47,517 nucleotides of DNA from Phycisphaerae bacterium SM23_30 (GTDB lineage Bacteria; Planctomycetota; Phycisphaerae; Sedimentisphaerales; SM23-30), in contig LJUC01000076.1 in assembly GCA_001303695.1 (NCBI GenBank), forward strand, positions 1 through 47,517, read 5' to 3'. The notes under the pieces were generated by a model that was given only the letters and a program-made list of their open reading frames with translations, was not told the DNA's origin and did no database searches. This document shows positions 44,652-47,517 of the stretch, piece after piece. Position numbers and translations under genes: made by a program. The stretch's first letter is position 1. Each line of letters starts with the position of its first letter.

Positions 44652-45461
44652 ATGAAGTCTATCTCTTACTGCTTGGTCATTGTCTGCCTGGGATGGTTGT
44701 TGATCAATTCTTCGGGGTGCGTCTCCAAAGCTCAGTATGATGATTGCGTCAGGCGCAACCAGATTCAGGAAGAAAGCATCCAGCGTTTAGAAGCCGAGAA
44801 AGATCAGGAGCGTCTCCGTGCCGACCGTCTTCAGCAACAGCTGGATCTGCTGCAGGAGACAGAACCTTTCTGGCAGAAACAAATCAGCGCTCTCGAAGAT
44901 CAACTTGCCAAGAAGCAGCAGATCATCGATCAGTTGAGCGAACAGGTAGGTAAGATTGCTTTGCCGCCGGAGCTGAGCGGGGCTCTGGCCGACTGGGCCC
45001 TGCAGTCGGGCACGGATCTGGTTAGTTATGATGATCAAACTGGCATCGTTCGTTTCAAGAGCGATTTACTATTTGAATTGGGTTCCGACATTGTTCAGGC
45101 CGAGGCGGCGCCCCGTTTGGAACAACTGGCGGGGATTATGAATACCCCGGCCGCAGAGGGATTTGATTTATTGATCGTCGGTCATACGGATGATGTCTGG
45201 AACGCCCTGCCGGAGACCATGGCCAAACATCCGTCGAACTGGCACCTGTCGGCCCACCGGGCGATTTCGGTGGAAAATATTTTAGCCCGGGCCGGCATGG
45301 CCGAGACCCGATTGGCGGTTATGGGAATGGGAGAGTTTCGACCCATCGCACCCAACGCTCCCAATCAGCAGGGCAATCCTCAAAACCGCCGCGTCGAGAT
45401 CTTTATCGTCCCCACCGGTCAAATACGCGTTACGATTGAATCCGATCGGTCGGCAATATAA
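44652..45461 (+). CDS. OmpA/MotB-domain lipoprotein with a coiled-coil spacer
   Basis: 269 aa with a GGAGA RBS and a lipobox-like LINSSGC. It has a Gln/Glu/Leu-rich coiled coil and a C-terminal OmpA-like domain (LLIVGHTDDV..NWHLSAHRAISV..NRRVEIFIV). Confidence 0.8.
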   Translation: MKSISYCLVIVCLGWLLINSSGCVSKAQYDDCVRRNQIQEESIQRLEAEKDQERLRADRLQQQLDLLQETEPFWQKQISALEDQLAKKQQIIDQLSEQVGKIALPPELSGALADWALQSGTDLVSYDDQTGIVRFKSDLLFELGSDIVQAEAAPRLEQLAGIMNTPAAEGFDLLIVGHTDDVWNALPETMAKHPSNWHLSAHRAISVENILARAGMAETRLAVMGMGEFRPIAPNAPNQQGNPQNRRVEIFIVPTGQIRVTIESDRSAI

Positions 45462-45675
45462 GGGCAGCAAATACCACTGACTAAATTTTGGCAAAAGTTC
45501 GTTATTAAGCTGCCTGGAAAAAGTTTTTAGACTAGCGCGGGGGCTAAAGGCCCGATCCTACAGAATGGATTGGCGCCCCCTCCGCCGCGGGGACGAACCT
45601 GCGGGAGAATAACAGGGTGGTTTGCTTGTCCGAAAACTTTGTAACAGCAGCTTAATGTTAATAGAGTATAATTTA

Positions 45676-46701
45676 ATGAATAAGCCCATAATAAGCATGG
45701 TTTCTTTATTGATGACACTAACGGGAAATACCTTAGCGATAGTGCAGGTACAGGAAAACAAAACCTTGATATCAAAAAAAGAATTGTACGAGCTGGTTCG
45801 AGCGAATCGGTCGCGCATGGAAGATTTAACCGTATCGTTTACTTTTAATATCATTAATTACCGAGTCGATACGATGGGCGATATTATATCTAAAGTAGAA
45901 ACAGATTTGGTGTTGAAAGGAGAGAAAATCTTCTGGAGGCATATTTGGAGTTATACAGATTATGACGGCAAAGTAAAATCGCATCATAAGGAAAGTGCAT
46001 TTAACGGCAAACGCAGTGCCCGGCATATGGTGACCAACGGCGATATGACGGTAGAGTCAGGAAAACATAAAGACATTGATATAAAAGACTGCGGTTTTAT
46101 GAGCGTCGGCCTGCTGAATAATCCAGAACCGAGAGGAAAGGGCATAAATGATTTAAGCCTGGTATCTCTTCTAAAATATGAAGGGGCAAAATTAAAAGAT
46201 AATACTGAAGAGGTAAACGGTCATTCCTGTTATGTTTTAGATGTTTCTACTCCGCAGAGGGCATGGGCCACTATCTGGATAGATTGTGCCAGAGGGCATT
46301 TGCCTCTAAAACAGCAGTGGTACGGAAAAGATATAAATGATATTGCCGTAGAATATTTAATCGATGAAGTTATGGAGGTGGAAGACAGCATATGGCTGCC
46401 GGTCTTGGGCAGAAAGATTATATACCCCGATGGATCAGTTTTGAAGGAAAAGGCAGTGTTTTTAATGAAAGTTAAGGGGCTGGACAAGGGCAATTGCGAG
46501 TTAAAGATTAATACCGGCGTCGAAGACGAAATTTTTAATATATGGGAAAAAGTGCCTCCCGGAACAAATGTTTGGGACAAAGATGCTGATAGAAAATATG
46601 CATATATAATCTTTATAATGGCGTTATTTGTTTCGTTTGTTTTAGTTTTTATACTTACTCAAACTGACCGATTTATCAGGAAAAGACAACAAACGTTATA
46701 A
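45676..46701 (+). CDS. AT-rich exported hypothetical protein, LolA-like fold guess, with a C-terminal TM anchor
   Basis: The start is placed at ATG 45676 (MNKPIISMVSLLMTLTGNTLA is a signal peptide); the ORF track starts at TTG 45622. The pattern ..VNGHSCYVLDV..ATIWIDCARGHLPLKQQWY.. is typical of LolA/RseB-like lipoprotein-sorting folds. The C-terminus carries IIFIMALFVSFVLVFIL. Confidence 0.5.
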   Translation: MNKPIISMVSLLMTLTGNTLAIVQVQENKTLISKKELYELVRANRSRMEDLTVSFTFNIINYRVDTMGDIISKVETDLVLKGEKIFWRHIWSYTDYDGKVKSHHKESAFNGKRSARHMVTNGDMTVESGKHKDIDIKDCGFMSVGLLNNPEPRGKGINDLSLVSLLKYEGAKLKDNTEEVNGHSCYVLDVSTPQRAWATIWIDCARGHLPLKQQWYGKDINDIAVEYLIDEVMEVEDSIWLPVLGRKIIYPDGSVLKEKAVFLMKVKGLDKGNCELKINTGVEDEIFNIWEKVPPGTNVWDKDADRKYAYIIFIMALFVSFVLVFILTQTDRFIRKRQQTL

Positions 46702-46719
46702 AATTACCCTGTCCAAGGG

Positions 46720-46748
46720 TTGAGATTCTTCGCTGCGCTCAGAATAAC
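46720..46748 (-). repeat. dispersed hairpin repeat, copy D (reverse orientation, intergenic)
   Basis: ttgagattcttcgctgcgctcagaataac is the reverse complement of gttattctgagcgcagcgaagaatctcaa, with one mismatch to copy A. Confidence 0.8.
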
Positions 46749-46822
46749 AATCTTCGTTAGTTATTATATTCACACAAGTTACAGCAATATTCGATTATTT
46801 TTTGGTCAGTTTGAGTACTTAA

Positions 46823-47068
46823 TTACTCATTCAGTTGCGTCTGGTTATGAGCGATATTGTGAGCCAGGGCCGGGGTTACGGGGTTTGTCTGTTTTTTTCC
46901 GGAATCGCGCGAAAAGCCGAAAACAATCAATCCCCCCGCTAAAACCCCCAGCACTAATACGGTGGCCAATTGCAGTTCCGGGGATTTTTTATATTTTTTG
47001 CCGAGTTTTTTCAGTTTGGGTAGGCAGATTTCCTTTTTGCCGAGAACTTTCTTGATTTTTTTCTTCAT
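46823..47068 (-). CDS. small Lys-rich single-TM protein, hypothetical
   Basis: 81 aa with a basic N-terminus and one TM (LATVLVLGVLAGGLIVFGF). There is no family match and the coding status is uncertain. Confidence 0.35.
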   Translation of the reverse strand: MKKKIKKVLGKKEICLPKLKKLGKKYKKSPELQLATVLVLGVLAGGLIVFGFSRDSGKKQTNPVTPALAHNIAHNQTQLNE

Positions 47069-47360
47069 TTTTCGCCCTTTCGTTTCGGAAAGCCCTCACT
47101 GGTTCTCTACTCCAGGATCAGCAACTTTCCTTGACGGAAAGGCGTCTGTTTAAATGACGCAGGAAAGGGCCGATTGTTTCAAAAATTTCCCAATTTTATT
47201 AACTTGGCGCACCTCGATATGTTCTTAAGTTACTTATAAATAATCATTTATGTTATCTTAACCCGACGGCGGCGTAGATCCGGGCCACTGGAGTATAAAT
47301 ACGAATACAGCCGATAAGTAATTTATGTAAAGAGACAGAGACCAATTTTAGGATGATGTA

Positions 47361-47516
47361 ATGAGTCGATTAAAAGCCATAAATTTCGTAATTGCGGCCG
47401 GATTGTTAATGTTGTTTATAGTCGGCTCGGGCTGCCATAACAGCGTCAGATACAGCCCCGAGGACGAGGCCAAATACGTCAAACCTACGGTGGCGGTGAT
47501 GAGTTTTGAGAATCTC
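47361..47516 (+). CDS. 5' end of a lipoprotein gene running off the right edge (CsgG/LpoB-like start, tentative)
   Basis: ATG at 47361 after an AGGA. The product MSRLKAINFVIAAGLLMLFIVGSGCHN.. carries a lipobox, and ..KPTVAVMSFENL resembles the start of CsgG/LpoB-type lipoproteins. The frame is open to the window edge. Confidence 0.45.
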   Translation, partial: MSRLKAINFVIAAGLLMLFIVGSGCHNSVRYSPEDEAKYVKPTVAVMSFENL

Positions 47517-47517
47517 G

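Noticed and set aside
46720-47055. 111-aa ORF starting MRFFAALRITI, and likewise 21634..21897 starting MKLRFFAALRMT
   Set aside because: Their N-termini are just translations of the dispersed hairpin repeat, and the rest has no coding character.
1-47517. CRISPR arrays, rRNA genes, tRNA genes, integrases, restriction-modification or toxin-antitoxin pairs
   Set aside because: I looked for regularly spaced direct repeats, conserved rRNA/tRNA strings and characteristic protein motifs in the ORF translations. I found none.

Overview
This 47.5-kb window is chromosomal. Gene content suggests a PVC/Planctomycetota-like or candidate-phylum bacterium, but that is inference only. All calls come from reading the sequence and ORF translations; no searches were run.

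Housekeeping genes, left to right:
- a minus-strand operon ending in an orphan parB, beside two perfect parS palindromes in a ~1-kb AT-rich ORF-free region
- a Wzx-like flippase convergent with a CDP-alcohol phosphatidyltransferase and a nucleotidyltransferase::methyltransferase fusion
- xseB-xseA and ymdB-rny
- a 1.3-kb ORF-poor stretch
- a DsbD-like reductase followed by a 72-aa 4-Cys ORF
- nth, a P-loop protein and an alpha/beta hydrolase
- an RRM RNA-binding protein
- a MarR regulator followed by a giant BcrAD/BadFG-type CoA-enzyme-activase gene that is split

An accessory junction lies at about 26-32 kb. It holds a truncated IS1634-like transposase cut by a second IS with a frameshifted transposase, an AT-rich lipoprotein gene, RHS/YD-repeat remnants, ruvB, an AT-rich single-gene AAA/STAND-like ATPase island and a broken GT2 gene.

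To the right are a MATE exporter, three exported glycan-related proteins, a 1468-aa AsmA/TamB-like protein, a zincin-like peptidase, an envelope cluster (HTH-acidic-repeat-TM-polylysine protein plus an OmpA-like lipoprotein) and AT-rich hypothetical genes.

I recognised no rRNA, tRNA, CRISPR array or complete known defence system.

The most unusual observations are:
1. A dispersed ~29-nt hairpin repeat, two copies of which sit in-frame inside the activase CDS.
2. Blocks of opposite strand-composition polarity, with the sharpest break at the IS junction.
3. A possible structured RNA or long leader upstream of rny.
4. A head-group-activation gene trio.
5. Several genes broken by frameshifts or internal deletions, which means either genome decay or an assembly-quality problem.
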